A stretch of DNA of 64,000 nt. Origin: Chloroflexota bacterium (GTDB lineage: Bacteria > Chloroflexota > Dehalococcoidia > UBA2247 > RBG-13-53-26). Numbering within the stretch: position 1 is the stretch's first letter; each line of letters begins with the position of its first letter. The notes beneath the pieces were generated by a model. It ran no database searches. It was given only the letters and a program-made list of their open reading frames with translations, and was not told where the DNA came from. The DNA is taken from assembly GCA_016876035.1 (NCBI GenBank), contig VGOE01000002.1:1231-65230 (forward strand). The letters run 5' to 3'. The translations under genes and the position numbers were made by a program. Shown here one piece after another: positions 47,395-58,572 of this stretch.

Positions 47395-48867
47395 CTACAG
47401 CATCGCCTGCCTCATCCGGTAATAATGGAACACCATCCCAGCTACCCTAATGCCTGAGTCCGTCGCCTGGTGTGTACCCATGAGGACGCCACCAGCATCG
47501 CATCCCACGTAGAACAGACCACGAATAGGCGACTTGGGCGATGGCTTGTAGCGTCCGCACTGGCCCACTATCTGCCCCATACCCACGGCTTCGCCTCCCT
47601 GACCAGGCAAAACATGGTCCCGTGAAAGATTCGATACCTCGGCTGGCCCAGCGTATTCCTTGGCTTCGATGACAGGCACCATTTCAGGCCAGAGCTTGAA
47701 AAGGGTCTGGTCAACCTTCTCCCACAGCATCTTTATCTCTGTAGCCTCAGGGTTGGGGGAGCACACAGTGCCCGCAATCAGAAGCTGCTTGCCTTTGGGT
47801 GCCATCTGAGGATCGTAGTTGGACGTGACGATTCCCCAGATGCTCAAATCCTCAGGAAGCTGGCCAGCCTTCACCTTCAGGAAGCGCCCCATGTCCAGTG
47901 AGCTGTCATCGGTGTAAACAGAGCACTGGTCAAACTTCAGGACTGGTTTACTGAGAAAATAGCGCTGGCCGGTGAATCCCCACCCAGGCACCAAATCCTT
48001 CACATAGTTTACGTAGCTCTGGTCAAAGTGCTTTTCCCCCACTAGCTTGAGCACCGTAGGATGAATACCGGCATCGCTTACCACAATTGGAGCCTGGAAC
48101 TCTCCATCCCTGGTAACCACACCGGTAACGGCACCATCCTTAACATTGATCCTCTCCACTCTGACGCGCGTTTGTATTTCGCCACCGTTGTCCTTGATCG
48201 CCTGAGTTATGACATCAACGACATGCCCCAGCCCGCCGGCTGGGTAGGAGCCACCACCATTGGCGACTATGTCCTGCAACATCCTTATATACTCTGAGGC
48301 AGAAACCAAATCCATGGGCTCGGCTAGTGCGCAGTTGCAGAAGGAAGCTAGCCAGCTATAAACAGGCCGTGGTACCTCGTACTGAGCCAGGAACTGCTCA
48401 AGAGTGGTGTCATCCAAGGCGCTCACCTTCTCCGGAGGTAGCACATAGATATCAGTCAGCAATTGCATGGCAAGCTCCTGTTCCTTGGCGTCGAGACCCC
48501 ACTGCTGGAGCATGCCTTCTGCACTTATTGGCTGCTGTGGGTCAATAACCGTAACATTAATGTTCCACTTCCCTGAACGACCTCGATATGCCGTGGCTAC
48601 GGTCTTCGGGTCTATTAGCTTGAGCTTGGACTCTACCCCCAATTGCTTGAAGATAGACTCGAAGGCATGACCCCTAATAGGAGTCACCCCGATGGGCCAC
48701 AGCTCATACTTGAACCCTTTTGCGGAAATGGCCATGGCTTTGCCGCCGGTTCGTTCGTTTTTCTCCAGCACCAGGGGCTTAAGGCCCCACTTCGCCAGCA
48801 GGGCAGCACATGCAATGCCACCTAGACCTCCCCCGACTATGATCACATCGTATTTTGTGTTTGGCAT
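47395..48867 (-). CDS. FAD-dependent oxidoreductase of the phytoene desaturase (CrtI/amine oxidase) family
   Basis: The N-terminus is a dinucleotide-binding fold YDVIIVGGGLGGIACAALLA...EKNERTGGKA. Confidence 0.75.
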   Translation of the reverse strand: MPNTKYDVIIVGGGLGGIACAALLAKWGLKPLVLEKNERTGGKAMAISAKGFKYELWPIGVTPIRGHAFESIFKQLGVESKLKLIDPKTVATAYRGRSGKWNINVTVIDPQQPISAEGMLQQWGLDAKEQELAMQLLTDIYVLPPEKVSALDDTTLEQFLAQYEVPRPVYSWLASFCNCALAEPMDLVSASEYIRMLQDIVANGGGSYPAGGLGHVVDVITQAIKDNGGEIQTRVRVERINVKDGAVTGVVTRDGEFQAPIVVSDAGIHPTVLKLVGEKHFDQSYVNYVKDLVPGWGFTGQRYFLSKPVLKFDQCSVYTDDSSLDMGRFLKVKAGQLPEDLSIWGIVTSNYDPQMAPKGKQLLIAGTVCSPNPEATEIKMLWEKVDQTLFKLWPEMVPVIEAKEYAGPAEVSNLSRDHVLPGQGGEAVGMGQIVGQCGRYKPSPKSPIRGLFYVGCDAGGVLMGTHQATDSGIRVAGMVFHYYRMRQAML

Positions 48868-49204
48868 AGCGCGCCTCCTTATTGCTTTTGTCTAATTCTA
48901 TCGGTATCCGGCATAGTTGGCAACGCTGTGATTGGACACGTGCTGCGTTGCCCGCTGCCCTGTACTAGTCCTTTCGCGAGGGAGGAGAACAATCTCTTGT
49001 CTCTGAGGTACCAGATGTAACGATAGAGTCCTTCCTCGAGAGTGCTTCGCCTACCCGTTCCGACGGCCTAAAGAGGCTGCTGCGAAATTGCTGTGTGCAA
49101 AGCCGAACTGTTGACCCGCCATCGAAGTATTGACAAAGACGTCCCAGGATGTTATAACTGGGGCATCATTCGACAACTGAATAACGGAAAAGGCGAGGAA
49201 CGAG

Positions 49205-49480
49205 AAGAGTAGGCTTCCAGCGAAGCACAGAGAGTCGGGATTAGGTGAGAGCCCGATGCTGGCGCAGGAGTTGAATGGGCTCGGGAGCTGCAAACCGAAG
49301 GCAGATGCTGCGTAGGCTTTGACGGAGGGGTACCGTTATCATAGCCCAGGGTATAGGACAGGCGGGAGATCTGATCCAGTACCCAAAAAGAGATGGTCGG
49401 TCTTCGGGCCGACTGAGAAGGGTGGCACCGCGGAATTGGCCCTCCGCCCCGTTCAGGGTGGAGGGCCTACTTTTTAGGCT
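49205..49480 (+). promoter_or_regulatory. Candidate T-box leader (tRNA-Trp responsive) upstream of trpE
   Basis: The conserved T-box sequence AGGGTGGCACCGCGG lies at 49419-49433, immediately 5' of a terminator hairpin. An upstream stem carries a TGG (Trp) triplet in GAATGGG at about 49273-49279. An AGAGAG GA-motif lies at about 49229. Confidence 0.5.
49438..49476 (+). terminator. Intrinsic terminator/attenuator hairpin (GGCCCTCC...GGAGGGCC followed by TACTTTTT), 10 nt before the trpE start
   Basis: Read directly from the sequence: an 8-bp GC-rich stem followed by a T5 tract. Confidence 0.55.
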
Positions 49481-49485
49481 AGTGG

Positions 49486-50997
49486 GTGAAGATGACAAAT
49501 CTAGAAACTTCCTATACAAGAAAGCATCAGGACAGCTTCGTGCCTGTGGTCAGGGAACTACCGGCTGACCTGGAAACGCCAGTGTCGGTATTCCTTAAAC
49601 TGGCCAAGAATCCGCCAAGCTTCCTTCTGGAAAGCGTCGAAGGAGGTGAGCACCTGGGCAGATACTCCTTCATTGGCACCGATCCCTATCTGACGCTCGA
49701 GACTTTCGGAAACGAAGGCCTTATTCGCCAGAAACAAGGGGTGAGCCAGGTGACCCTAGGAAGGCCACCCCAGGGATCGGATCCCCTGCACCTGGTTCAG
49801 TCGTTGCTAGCTCAGCGTAGAATAGCCAAGGCTCCAGGACTGCCAACCTTTTTCGGAGGAGCTGTCGGTTACCTGTCCTATGACGTCGTCCGCTTTTTTG
49901 AAAGGCTGCCACAGTGCTCCAGCAATGAACTGCGATTGCCAGATTCAACTTTTCTGTTCACCGATACGGTGGTCATATTTGATCATGTCCAGCACAAGAT
50001 GAAGATCGTCTCCAACGGGCCTGCTGACGTGAACGATGCTGCAGCCCAGCGGCAGGCAGCAGAGAGGGTCGAGGGTATCATCGCCAGTTTAGGCCATAGT
50101 TTACCTTCTGAACCCCAAGTTCGCCCTCCAGCCTCAGCAGAAGAGACTCCACTCCTGGAATCCAATTTTACCCGCTCACAGTTTGCCGACATGGTCAGAG
50201 CGGCCAAAGAATACATTCTGGCCGGCGACATCTTTCAGGTCGTCCTGTCTCAAAGGCTGCGTCGCCGGACTTCGGCTGATCCCTTTTCTATCTACCGGGC
50301 ACTGCGCATGCTCAATCCCTCGCCATATATGTTCTACTTCGATTTCGGCAGCTTCCAGCTTATTGGATCCTCACCTGAGATGCTGGTGAAGTTGGAGGAA
50401 GACCGAGCGGAAACCAGGCCAATTGCGGGCACCAGACCCAGGGGAAGAAGCGATGAGGAGGATCAGATAACCATCGCTAACCTTCTGGCTGATCCCAAAG
50501 AGAGGGCAGAGCATACCATGCTGGTAGACCTGGGGAGAAACGACCTCGGCAGGGTATCACGCTTTGGCAGTGTGCGGGTGCCGCTGCTTATGGGAATAGA
50601 GAAGTACTCCCATGTCATACACATCGTCTCATCTGTCCAAGGCGAGCTGAGGCCAGAGTGTAACGCCTTCGATCTGCTGAGAGCCTGCTTCCCGGCGGGC
50701 ACGCTCAGTGGTGCGCCGAAGGTTCGCGCCATGGAGATAATCTGCGAGTTAGAGGGGACAGAAAGAGGGCCCTATGGTGGGGCAGTGGGCTACTTCGGTT
50801 TTGGTGGCAACATGGACACCTGTATAACCATCCGTACCATTGTCATGATTGGTGATACTGTTTATCTACAGGGTGGGGCCGGTATAGTGGCTGACTCTGA
50901 CCCAGATAGGGAGTATGAGGAGACCATGAGCAAGATGCGGGTCTTGGAGGATGCTGTCCGACTGGCCGAAAACTGGAAGGTGCAGAAGTCTAGCTAA
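49486..50997 (+). CDS. trpE: Anthranilate synthase component I
   Basis: The 503-aa protein has chorismate-binding-enzyme motifs (LLESVEGG, GAVGY, PKVRAMEII). Confidence 0.9.
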   Translation: MKMTNLETSYTRKHQDSFVPVVRELPADLETPVSVFLKLAKNPPSFLLESVEGGEHLGRYSFIGTDPYLTLETFGNEGLIRQKQGVSQVTLGRPPQGSDPLHLVQSLLAQRRIAKAPGLPTFFGGAVGYLSYDVVRFFERLPQCSSNELRLPDSTFLFTDTVVIFDHVQHKMKIVSNGPADVNDAAAQRQAAERVEGIIASLGHSLPSEPQVRPPASAEETPLLESNFTRSQFADMVRAAKEYILAGDIFQVVLSQRLRRRTSADPFSIYRALRMLNPSPYMFYFDFGSFQLIGSSPEMLVKLEEDRAETRPIAGTRPRGRSDEEDQITIANLLADPKERAEHTMLVDLGRNDLGRVSRFGSVRVPLLMGIEKYSHVIHIVSSVQGELRPECNAFDLLRACFPAGTLSGAPKVRAMEIICELEGTERGPYGGAVGYFGFGGNMDTCITIRTIVMIGDTVYLQGGAGIVADSDPDREYEETMSKMRVLEDAVRLAENWKVQKSS

Positions 50998-51010
50998 GTT
51001 GCGGGGCAAG

Positions 51011-52042
51011 ATGATCAAGGAAGCAATTGCCAAACTGATACAAAAGGAAGACCTTAGCTCCGCGGAAGCCGAAGCAGTAATGCAGGAGATCATGCTGGGG
51101 CAGGCTACCCCAAGCCAGATAGGCGCCTTCCTCATTGCGCTGCGGATGAAGCGGGAGACAGTGGAGGAAATCGTTGGCTGCGCTAAAGCCATGCGTGCCA
51201 ACGCCATCAACGTGGTGACCAAGCAGAACCCGGTAGTGGACACCTGCGGCACGGGTGGAGACGGAGTCGGCACCTTCAACGTGTCCACCGTGGTGGCCTT
51301 CGTGATAGCTGGTGCTGGTGTAGCTGTGGCCAAGCATGGCAATCGCTCGGTATCCAGCCGCTGCGGCAGTGCCGACGTACTGGAATCTCTGGGGGCCAGA
51401 ATTGATCTTGGCCCAGAGGAGACGGCCCGATGCCTAGACGAGATAGGTATCGGTTTCCTCTTTGCGCCTCGCTTGCATCCGGCAATGAAACATGCTGCTT
51501 TGCCACGGCGCGAGATAGGGGTAAGGACAGTCTTCAATCTGCTTGGGCCATTGACCAATCCGGCTTCAGCCTCGATTCAACTGCTCGGTGTATACGACCC
51601 TACCTTGACTGAAACCCTAGCTCAGGTGCTCTGCCTTATGGGCACCCACCGCGCTCTAGTAGTTCACGGGGCTGACGGGCTGGACGAACTGTCAGTCACA
51701 GGGGTTAATAAGCTCACCGAACTACACGACGGTGAGATAAGTACGTACTACCTCGATCCCGAAGAGCTAGGCCTGTTTCGTGCCGAGCTAGCTTCACTTA
51801 AAGGCGGGCAGCCCGAGGACAACGCTGCGATAATGATGGCCTTGCTCCAGGGCGAGCGGGGGCCTAAGCGGGATACGGTACTGCTCAATGCTGCTGCCGG
51901 GTTTTTGGCCGCCGACAAGGCAAGTGACTATATAGAGGGCCTCAGCCTGGCAGCCGAATCGATTGACAGTGGCAGGGCGATGCGTAAACTAGATCAATTC
52001 ATTCGCTTGAGCAATACGCTGGGGGAGAAGGATGGTTCTTGA
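51011..52042 (+). CDS. trpD: Anthranilate phosphoribosyltransferase (start trimmed to MIKEAIAKL)
   Basis: It has the GTGGDG motif. Confidence 0.9.
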   Translation: MIKEAIAKLIQKEDLSSAEAEAVMQEIMLGQATPSQIGAFLIALRMKRETVEEIVGCAKAMRANAINVVTKQNPVVDTCGTGGDGVGTFNVSTVVAFVIAGAGVAVAKHGNRSVSSRCGSADVLESLGARIDLGPEETARCLDEIGIGFLFAPRLHPAMKHAALPRREIGVRTVFNLLGPLTNPASASIQLLGVYDPTLTETLAQVLCLMGTHRALVVHGADGLDELSVTGVNKLTELHDGEISTYYLDPEELGLFRAELASLKGGQPEDNAAIMMALLQGERGPKRDTVLLNAAAGFLAADKASDYIEGLSLAAESIDSGRAMRKLDQFIRLSNTLGEKDGS

Positions 52043-52811
52043 CCAGATAATGGCTGGCGTCCGCCAGCGACTGGCCGAGAAGAAAGAGCAGGTGCCTCTG
52101 GCTGAACTGAAACCTCTGGTGGGCAAGCACGGTCCCCCTCGAGATTTCAGAGGAGCGCTGCAAGGCGAAGGCATCAAGATCATCGCTGAAATCAAACGGG
52201 CTTCTCCCTCGAAAGGCTGGCTCTGCTCCGACATCAACGTAGCCAGCTTGGTGCGTAGCTATACAAGAGGTGGTGCTGCAGCCGTCTCCGTGCTCACTGA
52301 GCAGATCGGGTTCAAGGGCAGCCTTGATGATCTGGCAGAGGCACGCCAGGCAACGCGTCTGCCCCTGCTGGCCAAATGCTTTATCCTCGACCCTTATCAG
52401 GTGTATGAGGCCCGGGTTTACGGGGCCGACGCTGTCCTGCTGATCGCAGCCACCCTTTCATCAGCCGAGATGTCTCAGCTAATTGAGTTAACCCGCGCCT
52501 TGGGAATGGCCGCTCTAGTGGAAGTGCACACGGAAAAAGAGGTCGAAAGGGCACTTAAGGCCAAGGCAAATCTCATCGGCGTCAATAATCGCAACCTGGC
52601 CGATTTCACCGTTGACCTGAGAACAACCTTCAGGCTTCGACCTCTTATCCCACCGGAGATAACTGTGGTTAGCGAAAGCGGCATCAGGTCATTTGCTGAT
52701 GCGTCTGCTTTACAAAAAGCCGGAATCAACGCCATACTGGTAGGTGAAACACTGGTTACCAGCGGCGACCCGGAGGCCAGGATCAAAGAGCTGAGAGGGG
52801 AGCACCGCTAA
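52032..52811 (+). CDS. trpC: Indole-3-glycerol-phosphate synthase
   Basis: It has IIAEIKRASPSKG and a TIM barrel. It overlaps trpD by 11 nt. Confidence 0.9.
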   Translation: MVLDQIMAGVRQRLAEKKEQVPLAELKPLVGKHGPPRDFRGALQGEGIKIIAEIKRASPSKGWLCSDINVASLVRSYTRGGAAAVSVLTEQIGFKGSLDDLAEARQATRLPLLAKCFILDPYQVYEARVYGADAVLLIAATLSSAEMSQLIELTRALGMAALVEVHTEKEVERALKAKANLIGVNNRNLADFTVDLRTTFRLRPLIPPEITVVSESGIRSFADASALQKAGINAILVGETLVTSGDPEARIKELRGEHR

Positions 52812-52821
52812 TACAAAGCAG

Positions 52822-53436
52822 ATGGTGAAGGTCAAGGTGTGCGGCATAACCAATACAGAAGACGCCCTAGCCGCCGTGGAGTTAGGCGCAGACGCTTTGG
52901 GTTTTGTTTTTGCACCTAGCCCGAGACAGGTAACTCGGCAGCAGGTAGCAGACATCGTGGCCAAAGTGCCTCCCTTTGTCTCGAAGGTAGGCGTTTTCGT
53001 GGATAGTTCGCCACAGGAGGTGACAGAGATTCTGCAATCTTGTGGCCTGGATCTGGCTCAACTGCACGGCTCAGAAAGCCCAGGGGTTTGCCAGGCGCTG
53101 CTCCCTCGGGTGATCAAGGCCTTCAGGGTCAAGGACGAGTCTGTATTAGAGCTTTTGCCCCGGTACAAAGCGAGTGCCTATCTGCTGGACAGCTATCATG
53201 AGGCACTCAAAGGCGGCACAGGGAGGAGCTTCAACTGGGGAATTGCCAGGAAGGCCAAAAGATATGGGCTGGTCGTACTTTCAGGGGGGCTGAGCCCTGA
53301 GAATGTGCGTCAGGCCATTACAGAGGTTCAGCCTTTCGCTGTCGACGCCTCCAGCGGAGTAGAGTCCCGGCCCGGGGTGAAAGATCATGCCAAGCTGCGG
53401 GCTTTTCTTCAAGCAGTCAAGAACACACCGTTGTGA
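52822..53436 (+). CDS. trpF: Phosphoribosylanthranilate isomerase
   Basis: The N-terminus is KVCGITN, and the protein is 204 aa. Confidence 0.85.
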   Translation: MVKVKVCGITNTEDALAAVELGADALGFVFAPSPRQVTRQQVADIVAKVPPFVSKVGVFVDSSPQEVTEILQSCGLDLAQLHGSESPGVCQALLPRVIKAFRVKDESVLELLPRYKASAYLLDSYHEALKGGTGRSFNWGIARKAKRYGLVVLSGGLSPENVRQAITEVQPFAVDASSGVESRPGVKDHAKLRAFLQAVKNTPL

Positions 53437-53472
53437 TATGCGCGGCACGCATGTTGAGAGAGGAAAGCGAAT

Positions 53473-54663
53473 TTGAAGGTATCTGACGAAAGAGGGTATT
53501 TCGGCCCGTATGGGGGCAAATTCGTCCCCGAGACAGTGATGAGCGCCCTGAGCGAACTGGAGGAGGCTTACATTGGGGCGCGTGGCGCCCCTCAATTCTG
53601 GAAAGAGTTAGAGTCACTGAGTCACGATTATGCCGGCCGGCCCACGCCTCTGTATTATGCTAAGCAGCTATCTGCCAGGTCCGGTAACGCCACCCTTCTC
53701 CTCAAGAGAGAGGATCTGCTTCACACTGGGGCTCACAAAATCAACAACGCTCTGGGGCAAGGCCTGCTGGCTAAGCGAATGGGGAAGAAGCGGATAGTAG
53801 CGGAGACAGGGGCAGGCCAGCACGGCGTGGCGGTAGCTACGGTCTGCACTTTGCTCAATCTTGAATGTGTCATCTATATGGGGGAGGAAGATGTACACCG
53901 TCAAGCCTCAAATGTCTTCCGCATGAAGCTCCTAGGAGCTGAGGTGCGCTCAGTTCCTTCTGGCAGCCGCACCTTGAAAGATGCCATTAACGAAGCAATT
54001 CGAGATTGGGTAACCAACGTGCGCAGCACACACTATCTGCTCGGATCGGCAGTGGGGCCACATCCCTATCCCACCATCGTTCGGGATTTCCAGTCCGTAA
54101 TCGGGCGCGAAACCAGAGAGCAGGTCTTGTCCAGATACCATCGCCTTCCTGACTATCTGGTTGCCTGTGTGGGCGGAGGCAGCAATGCCATAGGCCTTTT
54201 TCACCCCTTTGTTGAGGATACTGAGGTTCGCTTCATTGGCGTAGAGGCAGCCGGGAAAGGGCTGAGCAGTGGGCAACATGCCGCCTCCCTGGCAGCAGGC
54301 AGAGTAGGGGTACTCCATGGAGCAAAATCTTACCTGCTGCAAGACAAATACGGCCAGGTAGCGTCTACCGCCAGCATCGCCCCAGGCCTGGACTATCCAG
54401 GAGTTGGCCCCGAACACAGTTACTATAAGGATACCGGCCGGGCTACATATGTAGCCGTCAACGATAGCCAGGCGCTGGAGGGATTCAAACTGCTTTGTGA
54501 AGCGGAAGGCATAATCCCTGCCCTGGAACCCTCCCATGCCATCTATTATGCCGCCCAAATGGCTCCAGAGTTGCCACCTGACACGCTGGTGGTGATCAAT
54601 CTTTCTGGCCGAGGGGACAAAGACCTGGATATCGTGTCTAAGGCTTTGGAGGGAACAAAGTGA
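53473..54663 (+). CDS. trpB: Tryptophan synthase beta chain (TrpB1)
   Basis: It has [11 protein letters not shown] with the PLP lysine, and GGGSNAIG. Confidence 0.95.
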   Translation: MKVSDERGYFGPYGGKFVPETVMSALSELEEAYIGARGAPQFWKELESLSHDYAGRPTPLYYAKQLSARSGNATLLLKREDLLHTGAHKINNALGQGLLAKRMGKKRIVAETGAGQHGVAVATVCTLLNLECVIYMGEEDVHRQASNVFRMKLLGAEVRSVPSGSRTLKDAINEAIRDWVTNVRSTHYLLGSAVGPHPYPTIVRDFQSVIGRETREQVLSRYHRLPDYLVACVGGGSNAIGLFHPFVEDTEVRFIGVEAAGKGLSSGQHAASLAAGRVGVLHGAKSYLLQDKYGQVASTASIAPGLDYPGVGPEHSYYKDTGRATYVAVNDSQALEGFKLLCEAEGIIPALEPSHAIYYAAQMAPELPPDTLVVINLSGRGDKDLDIVSKALEGTK

Positions 54664-55430
54664 GCCGTATCGCTCATGCTCTGGCGAAGCGCAAGGCATT
54701 AATTAGCTACCTCACTGTAGGCTATCCTTCGATGGGCATGACTCTGGAGATTATCCCTGCCCTAGCTGGTTGGGGCTGCGACCTTGTTGAGCTAGGCATT
54801 CCCTTCTCTGATCCTCTGGCAGATGGTACTACCATACAACATGCGGGCCAGCAAGCCTTACAAAACAACGTGACTCCTGAGCTGTGCCTGGACATAGCCT
54901 CTCAACTACGGGAGAAAACAGACGTCCCACTGATATTCATGACCTACTATAACCCGGTATTCAGCTTTGGACTGCGAGCCTTTTGCCAGGCTTCAGCACA
55001 GGCCGGCGTTGACGGGTTGATTGTATCTGACCTGCCTCCTGAGGAAAGCCCTGAACTGGAGACATGTGCTTCTGAAGCAGGGTTAGACCTGATTTATCTT
55101 CTCGCTCCTACCAGCACTGAGGAACGCATTGACTTGGTGGCGCAAAGATCGCGGGGATTCATTTACATCGTTTCTGTTGCCGGGGTAACCGGTGCCAGGG
55201 CGAGTCTGCCGGCGGATTTGGAGGAATTCGTTACCAGAGTTAGAAGAAAGACTTCCCTACCACTATGTGTCGGCTTTGGTATCTCCACCCCAGAACAGGC
55301 AAAAAGGGTAGCCAGGATAGCTGATGGCATAATAGTAGGGAGCCGCCTCATCCAGTTACTGGATGGCCGCCCGACTTCCGAATTAAGGGAATTTGTGGTA
55401 CAACTAAGGAATGCCTTAGACTCTTGCTAA
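54660..55430 (+). CDS. trpA: Tryptophan synthase alpha chain
   Basis: It has the GFGIS motif. It overlaps trpB by 4 nt. Confidence 0.9.
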   Translation: MSRIAHALAKRKALISYLTVGYPSMGMTLEIIPALAGWGCDLVELGIPFSDPLADGTTIQHAGQQALQNNVTPELCLDIASQLREKTDVPLIFMTYYNPVFSFGLRAFCQASAQAGVDGLIVSDLPPEESPELETCASEAGLDLIYLLAPTSTEERIDLVAQRSRGFIYIVSVAGVTGARASLPADLEEFVTRVRRKTSLPLCVGFGISTPEQAKRVARIADGIIVGSRLIQLLDGRPTSELREFVVQLRNALDSC

Positions 55431-55527
55431 GGCCAGATGCTGCACAGTTCTTGCATCGCCTAAAACTGAAAATGAGGAACTAAGCCAGTTCAGGGCCAAC
55501 AATAGTCAAATTCAAAAGGAGGAGAAG

Positions 55528-56883
55528 ATGGAGCAAACAAAGTTTATCTTGACTGAGCGGGAGATGCCCACTTCCTGGTATAACGTTCAAGCTGATCTGC
55601 CGGAGCCATTACCGCCGATACTGCATCCAGGTACCAAGGAACCTACCATCCTGCCACCCCCGTTGTTCCCCAGAGCACTGAACGATCAGGAATTCAGCAA
55701 GGAGCGCTACATAGAAATCCCGGAGGAGATACAGCAAATCTACAGGCTGTGGAGACCTACCATGCTGCATCGAGCCCACCGGCTGGAGAAGGCTTTGGGC
55801 ACGCCAGCGAAGATATTCTACAAATATGAAGGGACGAGCCCAGCGGGCAGCCACAAGCTTAACACCGCGGTCGCCCAGGCCTATTATGGCAAAAAAGAAG
55901 GTGCCAAGCGCCTGGCCACCGAGACCGGCGCAGGACAGTGGGGCAGCGCTTTGGCCATGGGATGTAAGTTCATTGGGCTGGAGTGCAAGGTATACATGGT
56001 CAAGGTTAGCTACAACCAGAAGCCCTATCGCCGTATCCTGATGGAGACCTTCGGAGCAAAAGTGGTGCCCAGTCCCAGTCAGGAGACCCAGATCGGGCGT
56101 CGCATCCTGACGGAAAACCCGGATTCTACCGGAAGCCTGGGGATTGCCATCAGCGAGGCGGTGGAGGATGCTTTTGGGCGCGATGATACCTTCTACTCTC
56201 TGGGCAGCGTTCTCAACCATGTCTTGATGCATCAAACAGTTATCGGGCAAGAAGCAAAGAAACAGATGGAAATGGCAGGGGCTTATCCCGATATGATCGT
56301 TGGCTGCATCGGTGGCGGAAGCAACTTTGCTGGTACATTTCTGCCCTTTATCCCGGACAAGTTAAAGAAGAAAAGGAAGATACAAATCATTGCTGTTGAG
56401 CCCGAAGCCTGCCCCAGCGTGACTAAGGGCCCCTACACCTGGGACTACGGTGACGTGGCTGGGATGGCACCGATAGCCAAGATGTTTACTCTAGGACATG
56501 CCTTCGTTCCTCCCCCCGTCCATGCCGGAGGCCTGCGCTACCATGGAATGGCCCCTGTTGTCAGCCATCTCGTGAAGCTGGGACTGGTCGAAGCCAGGGC
56601 AGAACATCAGGTAGCCGTTTTTCGCAGCGCCGTTACCTTTGCCCAAGCTGAGGGCATTATCCCTGCCCCCGAACCGGCTCATGCCATCAAAGTAGTGATT
56701 GATGAAGCTCTTAAGTGCAAAGAGTCTGGGGAGAAGAAGACCATCCTTCTGGCCCTGTCAGGACACGGACACTTCGACCTGGGGGCTTATGACGAATATC
56801 TCAAGGGCAAGCTGGTGGATTACCAATTCCCGAAAGAAAAGATGGAGGAAGCGCTAGCCCAGTTGCCCAAGGTGCCAGCCTAA
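55528..56883 (+). CDS. TrpB2-type tryptophan synthase beta-like protein
   Basis: The 451-aa protein has a long N-terminal extension and TrpB2 family features (GSHKLNTA with the PLP lysine, GGGSNFAG). Confidence 0.8.
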   Translation: MEQTKFILTEREMPTSWYNVQADLPEPLPPILHPGTKEPTILPPPLFPRALNDQEFSKERYIEIPEEIQQIYRLWRPTMLHRAHRLEKALGTPAKIFYKYEGTSPAGSHKLNTAVAQAYYGKKEGAKRLATETGAGQWGSALAMGCKFIGLECKVYMVKVSYNQKPYRRILMETFGAKVVPSPSQETQIGRRILTENPDSTGSLGIAISEAVEDAFGRDDTFYSLGSVLNHVLMHQTVIGQEAKKQMEMAGAYPDMIVGCIGGGSNFAGTFLPFIPDKLKKKRKIQIIAVEPEACPSVTKGPYTWDYGDVAGMAPIAKMFTLGHAFVPPPVHAGGLRYHGMAPVVSHLVKLGLVEARAEHQVAVFRSAVTFAQAEGIIPAPEPAHAIKVVIDEALKCKESGEKKTILLALSGHGHFDLGAYDEYLKGKLVDYQFPKEKMEEALAQLPKVPA

Positions 56884-56977
56884 GTCATCTCGATGCTAGC
56901 AGCCTAACGTGGGTGTCAGGTCAAGAACCTGACACCCACTTACACCAATTATGAGCCAGCATCTGCTGAACCGATGC

Positions 56978-58147
56978 TCAGACTGGCTCAATAGTTCCCT
57001 CTTTCACCCTAAGCTGAGTTGCCTCGGAGAGGAAAGAGGAACCAAAGTAATCCACATCCACAGCAGCAATCAACACCTGCTGGAAGGGTAGTATGGCATC
57101 CAGCAGGTGCTGACGCCGAGACCGATCCAGTTCGGAAAATATGTCGTCCAGCAACAGGACAGGGGCATCGCCCGCCTGACCGTATATATATTTGGCTTCA
57201 GCAAGCTTCAGCGAGAGGGCCAAAGTTTGTTGTTGCCCTCGACTTCCGTACTTACTCATGTCAGTCCCATTGACGCGAAACCGCAGAGTGTCTCGATGAG
57301 GCCCAACTAGGGTGACTCCCTGGGCGATTTCCCTGGCCCGGTTCTGATGCAGCACCTTTCCAAAATGTGCTTCGATGTCAGCAGAGCTTCTCGCATCACC
57401 CGTGTTGGGCGCATAGACCAACTCCTGACTCTCAGCCCCGCCACTTAGCTCCTGATGAACTTCCCGAGCCAGCTTATCTAGTTCTGTCACCAGTTGCCGC
57501 CGCCGCATCACGATATATGAGCCATTTTCTACCAACTCCCTGTCCCAAAATTCTAGCTGCTCGGATTGAGCCCTACGCTCCTGTACCAGCCGAAGGAGAT
57601 GATTGCGCTGCAACAGAACCCTGTGGTAACGCTGTAAGCACCTCAGGTAGCGAGGATCGGTCTGGCAGTTGATCAGGTCAATGTAACGTCGGCAGAGGAC
57701 AGGGCTGCCACTAATGAGATCAATATCCTGAGCACTAAACATAACCACCTTAAGCTGGCCCACAGCATCTATGGCCCGTCGGGCAACATCATTAACTCTG
57801 ATCCGCTTGCGTACCACGAGGGAAGTGGGGGCAGTGGATTCCTCTGGAGGTTGCCCCATTATTTCCAGTCGCAGGACGATCTCTATCTTGATATCACCAG
57901 CGACTCTTTGAACCTCGGCGAAAAGCCGGCTGAAGGGCGGGCTTTCGTGAAGCGCAAGATGGTGAACCACGTCTCTGTCGCTGGAGGCACGATGCGACCT
58001 GGTAGTCGCCAGCATATGAACAGCTTCCAGGAGGTTTGTCTTGCCTTGGGCATTTTCTCCCTGGATGACCACCAGGTGAGGTGGCAGTGTCAACTCCAGC
58101 GAGCGGTAATTACGAAAGTTGGTCAGGCTTAGACGAGTAATACGCAC
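56978..58147 (-). CDS. recF: DNA replication and repair protein RecF (GTG start)
   Basis: The N-terminus is MRITRLSLTNFRNY with a Walker A motif GENAQGKT. SMC-like signature motifs are present. Confidence 0.9.
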   Translation of the reverse strand: MRITRLSLTNFRNYRSLELTLPPHLVVIQGENAQGKTNLLEAVHMLATTRSHRASSDRDVVHHLALHESPPFSRLFAEVQRVAGDIKIEIVLRLEIMGQPPEESTAPTSLVVRKRIRVNDVARRAIDAVGQLKVVMFSAQDIDLISGSPVLCRRYIDLINCQTDPRYLRCLQRYHRVLLQRNHLLRLVQERRAQSEQLEFWDRELVENGSYIVMRRRQLVTELDKLAREVHQELSGGAESQELVYAPNTGDARSSADIEAHFGKVLHQNRAREIAQGVTLVGPHRDTLRFRVNGTDMSKYGSRGQQQTLALSLKLAEAKYIYGQAGDAPVLLLDDIFSELDRSRRQHLLDAILPFQQVLIAAVDVDYFGSSFLSEATQLRVKEGTIEPV

Positions 58148-58535
58148 AATAAGCTCCCAGGCATTCCAAGCGCAGACGTCGCTGTACGGACAACAAGCTC
58201 ACCTATTAACTCTACGCCGAACTCTGGACTTGCGCAATCGCCGAGCGTGCTCGTCCATTACATGTACAAGACAAAGGACTCACTTGGCCTTCCCCTCAGC
58301 ACAACCACCTCCAATATCGCATAACCTGCTCTGGCTTAGCAATTTTTCATGCTGGCTTGCAACCAGCACCACAAGGAATGAAAATGACGAGGCAGGCTGC
58401 CGTCACAGGGTTCCTGGATTCCCGCTTCTGCGGGAACGACAGTCTGGAAGTAGCCTCTCTACCGGTATTTTCGTGAGAATCCGCTGTTGAGCGCACCATG
58501 TCTGGAGTGAACCTTCGTGGAACGTGGTGGGTTGG

Positions 58536-58572
58536 CGAGAAGAACAAAGGGGGCTAGGTCAAGTCCCCCGAA
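58536..58572 (-). terminator. Candidate intrinsic terminator downstream of the acyl-CoA dehydrogenase gene (minus-strand hairpin GGGGGAC..TAGCCCCC followed by TTTGTTCTTCT)
   Basis: Read from the reverse complement of 58541-58570: a 5-bp G/C stem, an 11-nt loop and a U-rich tail. The stem is weak. Confidence 0.3.
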
